A stretch of DNA of 64,000 nucleotides from Nitrospinaceae bacterium (GCA_965223665.1 OZ245011.1:3008001-3072000); one strand, 5' to 3'. Positions 19,242 through 28,085 are shown, counted from the first letter of the stretch. The notes: generated from the letters alone by a model not told the origin. A program made the numbers and translations.

Positions 19242-21083
19242 ATGGACTTTAAAATAATATTTTATTGGGGTGTTTTAATAGTATTTTTAATCTGGTGGCT
19301 CACAAGAAAAAAAAACGATGCTGAAAACAAAATAGTTGAGTACTCAGGCCCTCAAACTGGTGCGATAAAGAAAGAATTAAAGGAAACTCGTAAACCACAA
19401 AATTGGCTGGTCATAGATAAACCTCAAAGCTTTGAAAAAAATGAGGAAATCGAAGAAGTTCTCAATGCACTTGAAAATACAAACCAGAACATATTCCTAA
19501 CAGGAAAAGCTGGGACAGGAAAATCAACTCTCCTAAGTTATTTCCGTGCCACGTCCAAGAAAAATCCAGTTGTGATAGCTCCAACGGGGGTTGCTGCTGT
19601 CAATGTACAAGGTCAAACAATACATAGTTTCTTTGGTTGGGGAATTGATGTAACCCCAGAAAGAGTAAGAAAGCTTAGTTACGAAAAGTCAAAAATATAT
19701 AAAAAGTTAAAGATGTTGATTGTTGATGAAATTTCTATGGTTCGAGCGGATCTTTTTGAATGCGTCGACAAATTTCTAAGATTAAATGCAGGCAAGAAAA
19801 ATCTTCCTTTTGGAGGTGTGCAGATAGTTGTTATTGGCGATCTGTATCAATTACCTCCCGTTGTTAAAGATCAAGAACGAAAATTATTTGAAGGGATGTA
19901 TTCATCTCCATTCTTTTTTAATACTGCAGCCTTTAATAAAGGTTCTTTCAAAAAGTTTGAACTTAGTAAAGTTTACAGACAAAAAGACCCCAAATTCATA
20001 GCTGCATTAAATGCAATACGCGAGGGTGTTGTAGATGATAGTCATATTGAATTACTAAACCAAACAGTAATTGATGAAGAACCTGAGGATTTCGAAGAAT
20101 ATATTCATCTTGTTACCACCAATAGAATGGCAAAAGAAATAAATGATAACCGGATGCATTGCTTGCCATCAAAACCTGTTGTTTATGAAGGAAAATTATA
20201 TGGGACCTTCAAAGAGGAAAATGCTCCAACAGATTTAAGGTTAGAATTGAAATCAGGCGCTCGGGCAATGTTGTTAAACAATGATCGAAACAGAAAATGG
20301 GTTAATGGTGATGTGGTGAAAGTGTTGGAGACACGATCAGATTCTGTGCTTGTTGAGTTTGAAGATGACACGGTCCATGATGTGGGGTTTCATACATGGG
20401 AGACTGTTCGATTTATTTTTGATGAGGAAGAACAGAAAATTATTCCCAAAAAGATCGGAGGATTCACACAAATTCCAATTAAACCGGCATGGGCTATTAC
20501 TATACATAAGGCACAAGGAAAAACTTTTGAAAAAGTATTTATGGATTTAGGTGCTGGTTCTTTTGCAGAAGGACAAACGTATGTGGCTCTCAGTCGATGC
20601 AAAGCACTTGCAGGTCTAAAGCTTGCATCGCCGTTGATGATTGATGACGTTTTTGTAAACGAAAAAGTAAAGGACTTTATGTCTTTTACTCATGGTCAGA
20701 AAAATGAGACATCCTCTTCTAAGACAAAACAAAACCCAACACAGAAACAAACGAACCCATCTACTAATACTATATTAAAATCAGAAGAAAAGTTATCAGA
20801 GGAAGAATTTGTTCTAAATGCAATCAAAAATTTACGAACAGGAAATTACAAGGGTATTCATGTTGTATACAGTGGATTCAATAAAGCATTTCGCGAGTAC
20901 TTTGACGCTGATCCAGTTGAATCCGTTAAAAAATTAGAAAAAAATGGTGTGGTTGTAACTCGTCCTGTTAAAGGTGGTGTCATGCTTTATAATTCAAAGG
21001 AATACAGTGTTCCAAGCTCAAAAAAGAAAGAAGCGAGCAATACATTGTCTAAGATTTTAGGTGATGGGAGTAAAAAGCGTTAA
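19242..21083 (+). CDS. PIF1/RecD-like SF1B helicase with an N-terminal membrane anchor and an extra C-terminal domain
   Basis: FLTGKAGTGKS, APTGVAA, TIHSFF, DEISMV, GDLYQLPPV, AWAITIHKAQGKT, YVALSR. Confidence 0.9.
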   Translation: MDFKIIFYWGVLIVFLIWWLTRKKNDAENKIVEYSGPQTGAIKKELKETRKPQNWLVIDKPQSFEKNEEIEEVLNALENTNQNIFLTGKAGTGKSTLLSYFRATSKKNPVVIAPTGVAAVNVQGQTIHSFFGWGIDVTPERVRKLSYEKSKIYKKLKMLIVDEISMVRADLFECVDKFLRLNAGKKNLPFGGVQIVVIGDLYQLPPVVKDQERKLFEGMYSSPFFFNTAAFNKGSFKKFELSKVYRQKDPKFIAALNAIREGVVDDSHIELLNQTVIDEEPEDFEEYIHLVTTNRMAKEINDNRMHCLPSKPVVYEGKLYGTFKEENAPTDLRLELKSGARAMLLNNDRNRKWVNGDVVKVLETRSDSVLVEFEDDTVHDVGFHTWETVRFIFDEEEQKIIPKKIGGFTQIPIKPAWAITIHKAQGKTFEKVFMDLGAGSFAEGQTYVALSRCKALAGLKLASPLMIDDVFVNEKVKDFMSFTHGQKNETSSSKTKQNPTQKQTNPSTNTILKSEEKLSEEEFVLNAIKNLRTGNYKGIHVVYSGFNKAFREYFDADPVESVKKLEKNGVVVTRPVKGGVMLYNSKEYSVPSSKKKEASNTLSKILGDGSKKR

Positions 21084-21097
21084 TCGAAACATTAAAT

Positions 21098-21151
21098 AAA
21101 GTCCGCTTTGGGTCGAAATAGACCTGTCTGTCTTCGGCTAAAGCGGACTTT
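21098..21151. repeat. Cassette-boundary palindrome, copy R1
   Basis: AAAGTCCGCTTTGGGTCGAA...TTCGGCTAAAGCGGACTTT. Confidence 0.85.
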
Positions 21152-21239
21152 TGAAAATTCAATTTAAATTTTTCACACACCTAAATTTTATTGTTGTAGG
21201 AGGAGGGTTCCATAACAAGGGTTAATCAACATTCGAATA

Positions 21240-22112
21240 ATGACACAAAATACTTTTCGAACAACAACAATTGAAGAATTTTTTCATCCAATTTCTGGGC
21301 ATATAGTTCCTTTATATACTTTTTCAGGCCAAAATTCTTTCGTAGCTGGAACAGCTGTAATTATTGCTCCAGGTCTAGCTGTGACAGCTTGTCATGTGAT
21401 GGAAGCACTGCTTAATTATTTTGGGAACGATCAGCTAAAAGGTAATTTAGAATTAGATATTTACTTAACACAGCTAAATACAGGGGCGACATGGTATGTC
21501 TGCAATTCCGCTACTTGGGTTGGGACTGACATCACTGTTTTATCTCTTGTTCCAAGAAACTTTAATAAAGAGAAAAATGTTATTGGTTCGCTTCAAATAA
21601 CGGTAGATCCTCCCAATGTAAACGATACCGTTGTTGCCTATGGTTACCCAAAGACAGAATTAAATATTCCCAGAAATGACTCTGAGCAAACAGATTTAAA
21701 ATTTAAAGTATACCCAACATTGTCAGAAGGTTTAGTTTCTGAGATACATAATTCCAAACGAGATTCAGTGTTATGTAGATTTCCATGTTTTGAAGTAGGA
21801 GCAGAATTTAGTAGGGGTATGAGCGGAGGTGCTGTATTTAATCAAGATCGTGAATTATGCGGTCTTGTTTGTTCAGGTGGAGATGGGGACTTAAGAAACT
21901 ATTCCGTAGCAACAAGCATATGGCCGATGTCTATTATTCCTGTAATAATGCCAAGTGGTATAGCCTCTCATGATAGTGTTGTTTCAGGTGCTACATATAA
22001 GGTTCTGGATCTGGCAAAACAAGGTTACATAAAGATGAACGGGCATGAAAGGATTGAGTTCTTTAAACATGAAAATGGTTCGCAAGGGGTAAGACGTTTC
22101 CATAAAACATGA
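21240..22112 (+). CDS. Trypsin-like serine protease without a signal peptide
   Basis: Catalytic triad motifs TACHV, TDITVL and GMSGG. Confidence 0.85.
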   Translation: MTQNTFRTTTIEEFFHPISGHIVPLYTFSGQNSFVAGTAVIIAPGLAVTACHVMEALLNYFGNDQLKGNLELDIYLTQLNTGATWYVCNSATWVGTDITVLSLVPRNFNKEKNVIGSLQITVDPPNVNDTVVAYGYPKTELNIPRNDSEQTDLKFKVYPTLSEGLVSEIHNSKRDSVLCRFPCFEVGAEFSRGMSGGAVFNQDRELCGLVCSGGDGDLRNYSVATSIWPMSIIPVIMPSGIASHDSVVSGATYKVLDLAKQGYIKMNGHERIEFFKHENGSQGVRRFHKT

Positions 22113-22158
22113 ATATGTTTACTTCAATTCTATGGCAGTAAGGTTAGTATTGTCGTTT

Positions 22159-22210
22159 TGTCCGCTTTTGGCCGAATGTGCACATATTTGTTTTCGACCC
22201 AAGGCGGACA
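22159..22210. repeat. Cassette-boundary palindrome, copy R2
   Basis: TGTCCGCTTTTGGCCGAA...TTCGACCCAAGGCGGACA. Confidence 0.85.
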
Positions 22211-22307
22211 TCCGTCCGCATGAAAACCGAACTCCCCATAAGGAAATTTTAGAAAAATTTTTGTGAATTCTGGTGGTGCTTTTTTTGAAATGACCTGCGA
22301 GGTTACA

Positions 22308-23285
22308 CTAGCGACCTCTTTTTCTCCGCAGTTCGACCGTGGAATATTCTTCTGGACCAAACCCTCCTAACTTGATACCCGACTTGACATCCTTATATTT
22401 TTTCCCGAGACGCTCAATTCCTATATCCCTTCGCGGACCAAAAAGAAAGCGGCGCGCAGATACTGAACGTATCTTATTAATTTGCTTCACCATACTCGAT
22501 TTAATCTTAATTTCCCTAGGAAGTTCTTTGTCCCAAGTCGCCATCAAACAGGTTTTCTGTGAAAGCGGGAAAGTAAGTTGCACTTTCTTATGAATAAGTC
22601 CACCACCATAGAAAGGGTGTTGGTAAGCAGGGGGAACATCAAAAAATAATGGATTGTCACTAGTTATAAAATAATGCGGCTCTGGCGCCAGTAATATAGA
22701 CCAACACATTTTATAAAAGATTGGGCAAAATTTTTCGTAAAACTTTAGGGCTTGGAGTGACCATTCCTTGTCCACAGACACAATAAATTTTTGTGGATTA
22801 AGCATACCCTCTTTTAAACTTTTAATTTCTTCCTTAGTTAGAGGCCCTTGATCGCGTTGGTAATCCTTAATAAGGTTTTGAAATGCTCCATCATGTTGTG
22901 CAGTGGCGTACATTTTTAATTGATACGCGTTCATCATTATTTCAGCGTATTGATTCCTGAAGGAATCCGTTCGTAAATACATGAGGGCCATAAAACTAGC
23001 AAATGAGGCACGTTCCTGATCTGTAAGTGGTTTGCTTTCAATTAATTTATTAAAAATTGGGGCCGCTTTTGCTTCAATTTTAGAAAAAAAATCTTCCACT
23101 TCATCGGACCGCTGCCCATTTTCCAGCGTCACACTATAAAGATATTTTTCATAGGCAGTATTTTCGATCGTGGAAGTGCGCCCCTCCTCCAATTCAATGT
23201 CATAGGTCCAGATCTTTTCATCTGGTTCAATAGAAGCGAACCGTCGGAGATAAAATTGTGGAATGAAATGATGTTTTTTCTTCAA
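22308..23285 (-). CDS. DUF4238 family protein (family linked to anti-phage defence)
   Basis: KKHHFIPQFYLRRF, FITSDNP, FPLS motifs. Confidence 0.88.
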   Translation of the reverse strand: MKKKHHFIPQFYLRRFASIEPDEKIWTYDIELEEGRTSTIENTAYEKYLYSVTLENGQRSDEVEDFFSKIEAKAAPIFNKLIESKPLTDQERASFASFMALMYLRTDSFRNQYAEIMMNAYQLKMYATAQHDGAFQNLIKDYQRDQGPLTKEEIKSLKEGMLNPQKFIVSVDKEWSLQALKFYEKFCPIFYKMCWSILLAPEPHYFITSDNPLFFDVPPAYQHPFYGGGLIHKKVQLTFPLSQKTCLMATWDKELPREIKIKSSMVKQINKIRSVSARRFLFGPRRDIGIERLGKKYKDVKSGIKLGGFGPEEYSTVELRRKRGR

Positions 23286-23551
23286 AATTTTTAATTAAAA
23301 AGATGGTTTGTTTAGCTTTTGGGTGAGGCCTATGAATATGAATTGGAATGTATGGGGAAACTATTTCCTACGGAATCCGGCTCTAAAAGCATGCTCTTGT
23401 ATAATATATGGGATTTTGAAAGAAAAAAGTCAAGATTGCCCGAAAATTCATACTTTTCTGGCGAGCATAGTATTTGATTTTGTTTGGGATTTTTCTGCGG
23501 AAAACTCAAACAAAATGACAGGTTATTGTGCGATCCTTTTTTCTAGCTAAG

Positions 23552-23590
23552 TGTCCGCTTTTGGCCGGAAGGCGACCCAAAGCAGGCTTT
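23552..23590. repeat. Cassette-boundary palindrome, copy R3
   Basis: TGTCCGCTTTTGGCCGGAAGGCGACCCAAAGCAGGCTTT. Confidence 0.8.
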
Positions 23591-23696
23591 CGGCACAAGT
23601 TCCCTTAGCAGTCGAACTCGTGGAAGGTATGCTAAATTTTTCTTGATTGCCTAAACGGAAAGGATTAGGGTTGGGGGAACCCACGAAAAAAAGATG

Positions 23697-23724
23697 TGAC
23701 GGCTTTCGACCCATAGCAGACATT
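23697..23724. repeat. Cassette-boundary palindrome, copy R3b
   Basis: TGACGGCTTTCGACCCATAGCAGACATT. Confidence 0.75.
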
Positions 23725-23771
23725 TTTAAATGACAGAATTTTATCAGGAACATATATACGGTTGGAATTAA

Positions 23772-24770
23772 ATGAAAGCGATAACCTATAAAAATACGCT
23801 AACAACTTTACCTAATTGGGTAAAGGACCTCCACGAAAAAGAACCTCGAGGCATTGCATATGAAACCTCATCACATTTCGTCCATTTTTATTGTAGAGAC
23901 TATGGTTGGTGGGTTCTTTCTCCAGGAATCACAGTTGTTCAAAAAAAGAGTGATTCTTTAAATGACTGGGTCAAACGAACTTTTGGGGCTAAAAATATAT
24001 TAAACATGTCTACTAGGGTTGGTGAAAGCGTTAAAGGGGTATGGCGACCGGGCCTCTATTTTGATGATGAGATTCAGCAGGCTCTTTCGGTAACAACGCC
24101 AGGTAAGCATGAATCCCTCGTTTCAATAGGCCTTCTTCTGGAGTCCCTAGAAATTATTTTCCGTTACATAGAGCCTAGCCCAAATGGAATGTTGACATAT
24201 AGCCACAAAACCAGAGAATTACTGATTATCGCCTGTACAGAAGTTGAAAATCAATTGGCGCAGTATATGAAATTGGCCACTGCAAGGCCTATCAATAAAA
24301 AATTTTTTACCACTCAAGATTATGTTCGGCTATCTGACCCTCTTCATCTCTCTGATTTTGTTCTCAGTTCCAAAGCTTACCCTCACATAGGCACTATACA
24401 TCCGTTTGGAGGGTGGAAAGGAGAGGGAGCCACATCCTCTATCCCTTGGTATGAAGCTTACAACCACACCAAGCACGACCGTCAGTTAAACTTTGACAAA
24501 GCAACATTAAAAAGCTGTATAGATGCCGTATGTGCGAACATTGTTCTATTCTGCGTGAGATATAGTCCTTACGCTCTTGTCCGCGAAAATGGCAATGCCC
24601 AATCTTTATTTGGTCAGCTCTTTAATATAGAAATGAAGAACTGCGATCCAACAAAATTTTATGTGCCTAGAATTGATATATCAGTAAATACACGAACAGA
24701 TTTAATTTGTTACAATAGCTACCAAAAAAAAGACAATTGCCCTTGGAATATTTCCCCACTTATTTTGTAG
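23772..24770 (+). CDS. Hypothetical protein, possibly HEPN-like helical C-terminal domain
   Basis: 332-aa ORF with RELLIIACTEVEN and PWYEAYNHTKHDR; function not established. Confidence 0.7.
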   Translation: MKAITYKNTLTTLPNWVKDLHEKEPRGIAYETSSHFVHFYCRDYGWWVLSPGITVVQKKSDSLNDWVKRTFGAKNILNMSTRVGESVKGVWRPGLYFDDEIQQALSVTTPGKHESLVSIGLLLESLEIIFRYIEPSPNGMLTYSHKTRELLIIACTEVENQLAQYMKLATARPINKKFFTTQDYVRLSDPLHLSDFVLSSKAYPHIGTIHPFGGWKGEGATSSIPWYEAYNHTKHDRQLNFDKATLKSCIDAVCANIVLFCVRYSPYALVRENGNAQSLFGQLFNIEMKNCDPTKFYVPRIDISVNTRTDLICYNSYQKKDNCPWNISPLIL

Positions 24771-24812
24771 TGTCCGCTTATGGCCGGTAGGTGCAATTGA
24801 CCAAAGCGGATA
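24771..24812. repeat. Cassette-boundary palindrome, copy R4
   Basis: TGTCCGCTTATGGCCGG...GACCAAAGCGGATA, starting at the base after the TAG stop. Confidence 0.8.
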
Positions 24813-24832
24813 ATTACCTAAGGAGATAGAGA

Positions 24833-25702
24833 TTGTATAATTTACTGGTTTCAAGTAATGACGAGGCTTGGGATAGTGACTCATACACCCTAGAGATAGG
24901 CCGTTGTGTTCGTGAATATACAGATGTAAATTTAACTAAAAAGTATGGAGACTTTACTCAAGAGCAAGTTGATTCAATTAGACGTTTTCCTTGCATATTT
25001 GCTTACGAGTCTGGGCACAAAAAAAATCCCAAATTTGGAATTATCAAAGACTTAACAAGTCGCCAAGGAAAAGTTAAGATTGAATACGAATTAATTGAAA
25101 TTGATGATTTTATTTCTCACTCTGATATTAATGAGATGCTATTTGAGTTGGATATCAGTGACTGGGAGATGAATAGAACTCACTGGGCTATTAAAGATGT
25201 TAACCTACCTAAGGAACTTTTATCAAAAGGAGTTCGTCTTCCGAATTGGGCGAGAAGTGAGTCAAAAGCTGTTGATATTACAAAGCACATGTTTGATGTG
25301 GCATTTTCCTTTCCGGGAGAAATTAGGAAATATGTTGAGTCAATAGCGGCAGAATTAGAAAAAGAAATTGGGCCAAATTCATACTTTTATGACAATAATT
25401 ATAAGGCTCAACTAGCAAGGCCTTCTCTTGATACCTTGCTACAAGAAATTTATGGTTGTAGATCTAAACTGGTTGTGATTTTTCTATGCGAAAAGTACCA
25501 AGAAAAAGAGTGGTGTGGCATAGAGTTTAGAGCAATCAGAGAAATTATCATGAATCGAGACCATGAGAAAGTTATGTTCATCAAGATGGACGAAGGTAAG
25601 ATTGATGGTGTCTTCAAAACAGATGGCTACATTGATGGGCGTATCCACAAACCCCATCAGATAGCTGGTTATATTCAAGAGCGTGTTTCATTACTGTCAT
25701 AA
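24833..25702 (+). CDS. TIR-domain protein with an uncharacterised N-terminal domain
   Basis: FDVAFSFPGE, FYDN, SKLVVIFLCEKYQEKEWCGIE (catalytic-position Glu present); AAGGAG RBS with TTG start. Confidence 0.88.
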   Translation: MYNLLVSSNDEAWDSDSYTLEIGRCVREYTDVNLTKKYGDFTQEQVDSIRRFPCIFAYESGHKKNPKFGIIKDLTSRQGKVKIEYELIEIDDFISHSDINEMLFELDISDWEMNRTHWAIKDVNLPKELLSKGVRLPNWARSESKAVDITKHMFDVAFSFPGEIRKYVESIAAELEKEIGPNSYFYDNNYKAQLARPSLDTLLQEIYGCRSKLVVIFLCEKYQEKEWCGIEFRAIREIIMNRDHEKVMFIKMDEGKIDGVFKTDGYIDGRIHKPHQIAGYIQERVSLLS

Positions 25703-25759
25703 CAACGCACTGTTGACGGATAAATTCTTTACCCCAAATTTGCCATAAACGCAGTATGA
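25697..25759 (+). repeat. Degenerate integron attC-like site overlapping the TIR gene stop
   Basis: TCATAAC-AACGC-ACTGTTGACGGATAAATT...AATTTGCC...GTATGA imperfect hairpin; the R' end lacks one T. Confidence 0.5.
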
Positions 25760-25773
25760 ATGTCCGTTTTGGG
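25759..25773. repeat. Cassette-boundary palindrome, copy R5 (degenerate half site)
   Basis: AATGTCCGTTTTGGG. Confidence 0.55.
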
Positions 25774-25844
25774 AAAGTGAGAATGGTCCTTATGAAAACT
25801 GAGTGCTGTTCCCTAGCAGTGGAGAGACAAGGAGAGTAGGAATA

Positions 25845-26363
25845 ATGAACGAAAAGAAAAAAAGAAGCCCAAACCAATGGATTTACTTTGGTCTTCCTGA
25901 AGATGAGAAATTGTTGTCAACTCTGGGAATTATGTCCATTAGACATGGTCAGCTTGAACATGTGTTAAAAATGACTATAAAAACACTTGGAAATCTCTCC
26001 ATAGAAGAAGCGTTGGATGCTACATCCCGTGATGGTCCGGCCAAACTGCGAAAACGCATTAGGAAACTTGCTCAGGGCATATTTAGAGAAGGAGAAACTT
26101 TACTAAAATTACAGGCGTTGCTTGCCCGTTCGGAGAGAGTTACTGAGCAAAGAAACGAAATGACGCACAATTTATGGGGTCATGAAATGGATGGTATCCC
26201 TGTGGTAAGGAAAGAGGACCATAGCTGGGAAACTGCACCTACATTTGAAGAGGTAAATAGTCTTTCAAAAAAGATTGAAACTATTACAAAGGAACTTAAT
26301 GACGCGCGCCTGCAAGGTTTTATTTATAAAGAAATTGAAAAAAACAAAAAATCCAATCAATAA
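25845..26363 (+). CDS. Hypothetical helical protein with a HEPN-like Rx4H motif
   Basis: HGQLEHVL...RNEMTHNLW; the ATG at 25845 follows a purine-rich RBS. Confidence 0.65.
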   Translation: MNEKKKRSPNQWIYFGLPEDEKLLSTLGIMSIRHGQLEHVLKMTIKTLGNLSIEEALDATSRDGPAKLRKRIRKLAQGIFREGETLLKLQALLARSERVTEQRNEMTHNLWGHEMDGIPVVRKEDHSWETAPTFEEVNSLSKKIETITKELNDARLQGFIYKEIEKNKKSNQ

Positions 26364-26467
26364 AACCAAATGTAATAACGCTTATTGTGGAAATGGGTGA
26401 TTGCTCTATCCGATTGAGTTGTCTCTAGGGAATAGATAAAGAATATCCTTTAAACTTTCCTTGGCCG

Positions 26468-26641
26468 AAAGTCCGCTTTTGGCCCAGACTGTGTGAAAAC
26501 TCAAAACCAACTTGAAATTGAGGGTGCCTAACCCCTTCCCCATATAACAATAACAGCTTTACGGGCTTCTGGTGTAGTCGGTTTTCAGTAAGGAACCTTG
26601 CTATCAGAGTTTTCACACAATCTGGGCCGATAGCCGTCTTT
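26468..26641. repeat. Cassette-boundary palindrome, copy R6, split by a MITE
   Basis: Removing the MITE and one GGCC gives AAAGTCCGCTTTTGGCCGATAGCCGTCTTT. Confidence 0.75.
26485..26624. mobile_element. 140-bp MITE (non-autonomous IS derivative)
   Basis: 18-bp terminal inverted repeats CAGACTGTGTGAAAACTC / GAGTTTTCACACAATCTG (17/18 match), flanked by GGCC on both sides. Confidence 0.8.
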
Positions 26642-26753
26642 CCAAATTCGAATTCTAAAGTTTAGATAATTACCAACTCCCAAATGATGAACATATGACG
26701 CTCAAGTCCTCTATTGAAGTTGGAGCATGAGAAGGATTTAAGCATTTTCAGAA

Positions 26754-27962
26754 TTACTTTTGATGAATTTTGACTATCTTTTCTTTAGGTTTGCCAGTCA
26801 CAAGGCTTTCAAGATTTCGACCCCATGAGTTTAGGGCCATCCGTTTTTCCCGATCATAGCTATGGCGATCATAAACAGAAGTTACTCCTGATTCAACATG
26901 GTTTAAAATTTTAGAAACTGTGAGTCGGGGGATACCTGAGGCCGTCATCATGCTCGCAGAGGTACGACGAAGGTCATGGGGTGTGAAATGTGCGATCTGG
27001 AAATGATTCGCATTGATTCTTACTGCGTGATCCACTGAGGTTTCGGCGATATGCCTTTCTCCTCTAGGGGAAGGAAAGAGCCATGGAGAGAGGACAGTAA
27101 TTTCTTTTAATTCTTCCAGAATTTGAAGGGCAAAATTAGATAAAGGAACCCGGTGAGGAAAACCATTCTTGGCTTTTTCAGCCGGTATTGTCCACCAACC
27201 TTTTTTTAAGTCAAAATCTTTCCATTCAGCCCCAGTCACTTCACCTTTTCTTTGGGCTGTGACCAATTGGAGCTTTAAGGCTAAAGCTGTGGTTGATTCC
27301 ATTCTGGCCGAATCCAGTTTTTTCCAAAAAATTTGAATTTCTTCTTCGTTAAGTACTCTATCGCGTCTATTTTCTTTTGAAGGAGCAGGAATAGCGACAC
27401 AGGGACTGGAATCCAAAATTCCACGGCCCATGGCAAAGGAATACATTTTGCGAATAGCGGCAAGGGTACGGTTGGCTTGGATCAGAGCTCCACGTTCAAC
27501 AATTTCATCGAGAAGTAGGATGACGTCTCGACGAGTAATATCCTGTGCCTTGCGTTTTCCCCAACGGGTTATTACATCCTTATGCAAAATGCGCTCGTCT
27601 TCTTTCCATGATCTCTTTCTTGGTTTGGCATATTTTTCAATATATTCATCTACCAACCTTTTAACTGTAGGGGAACGACGAGATTCTTCCTTTTCTTCTT
27701 GTTCCACTGTTGCTGGATCAATGACTCTTTCAAGCAGTTGTCGGGCCTTCGCATGGTCGGCATGGGCATCGGCCAAAGACTTTTGGGGATAGTTGCCAAA
27801 TGTCATCCGCCGGGAGGTTCCTTGAAATCGGTATAAGAAGATAAAACTTTTTCTACCGGTAGGGGAAACACGGATTCCAAAACCTTTACCATTATCTTCC
27901 CAAATCTCATATCGTTGGCTTTTAGGTTTAAGTGCTTTAATTTGACGGTCGGTAAACTTCAT
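26754..27962 (-). CDS. int: P4-like tyrosine integrase with an N-terminal arm-binding domain
   Basis: MKFTDRQIKALKP...GFGIRVSPTGRKSF arm domain; catalytic R (AQRKGE), K (KAKNG), HDLRR, LNH and VY are all intact. Confidence 0.93.
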   Translation of the reverse strand: MKFTDRQIKALKPKSQRYEIWEDNGKGFGIRVSPTGRKSFIFLYRFQGTSRRMTFGNYPQKSLADAHADHAKARQLLERVIDPATVEQEEKEESRRSPTVKRLVDEYIEKYAKPRKRSWKEDERILHKDVITRWGKRKAQDITRRDVILLLDEIVERGALIQANRTLAAIRKMYSFAMGRGILDSSPCVAIPAPSKENRRDRVLNEEEIQIFWKKLDSARMESTTALALKLQLVTAQRKGEVTGAEWKDFDLKKGWWTIPAEKAKNGFPHRVPLSNFALQILEELKEITVLSPWLFPSPRGERHIAETSVDHAVRINANHFQIAHFTPHDLRRTSASMMTASGIPRLTVSKILNHVESGVTSVYDRHSYDREKRMALNSWGRNLESLVTGKPKEKIVKIHQK

Positions 27963-28049
27963 AAAATTCTGACTTTCAATCAGTTGGTTTAATGCAGCAA
28001 TTTCTGGTACAAAATTTTTTAACTCATTCCTCCACAAAATGAATTATCT

Positions 28050-28085
28050 GCTACCCATGAGCTTGGGGGTAGCATTGTGGGTAGC
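28050..28085. promoter_or_regulatory. Putative integrase arm-type sites, right end
   Basis: GCTACCCA (inverted) at 28050, GGGGTAGC at 28066 and TGGGTAGC at 28078 (12-bp period). Confidence 0.65.

Noticed and set aside
23308-23753. Short ORFs 23308..23550 and 23547..23753
   Set aside because: They cross promoter and repeat DNA; the shared RPKADT peptide with 22130..22360 is just the translated palindrome.
19208-26641. CRISPR array or classical integron
   Set aside because: Repeats are separated by whole genes and vary in length; there are no cas genes. The integrase is P4-like with an arm domain, not IntI, and the palindromes lack attC ends.
27963-28037. N-terminal extension of the integrase in the ORF track
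   Set aside because: The family-typical start is MKFTDRQIKALK at 27962.
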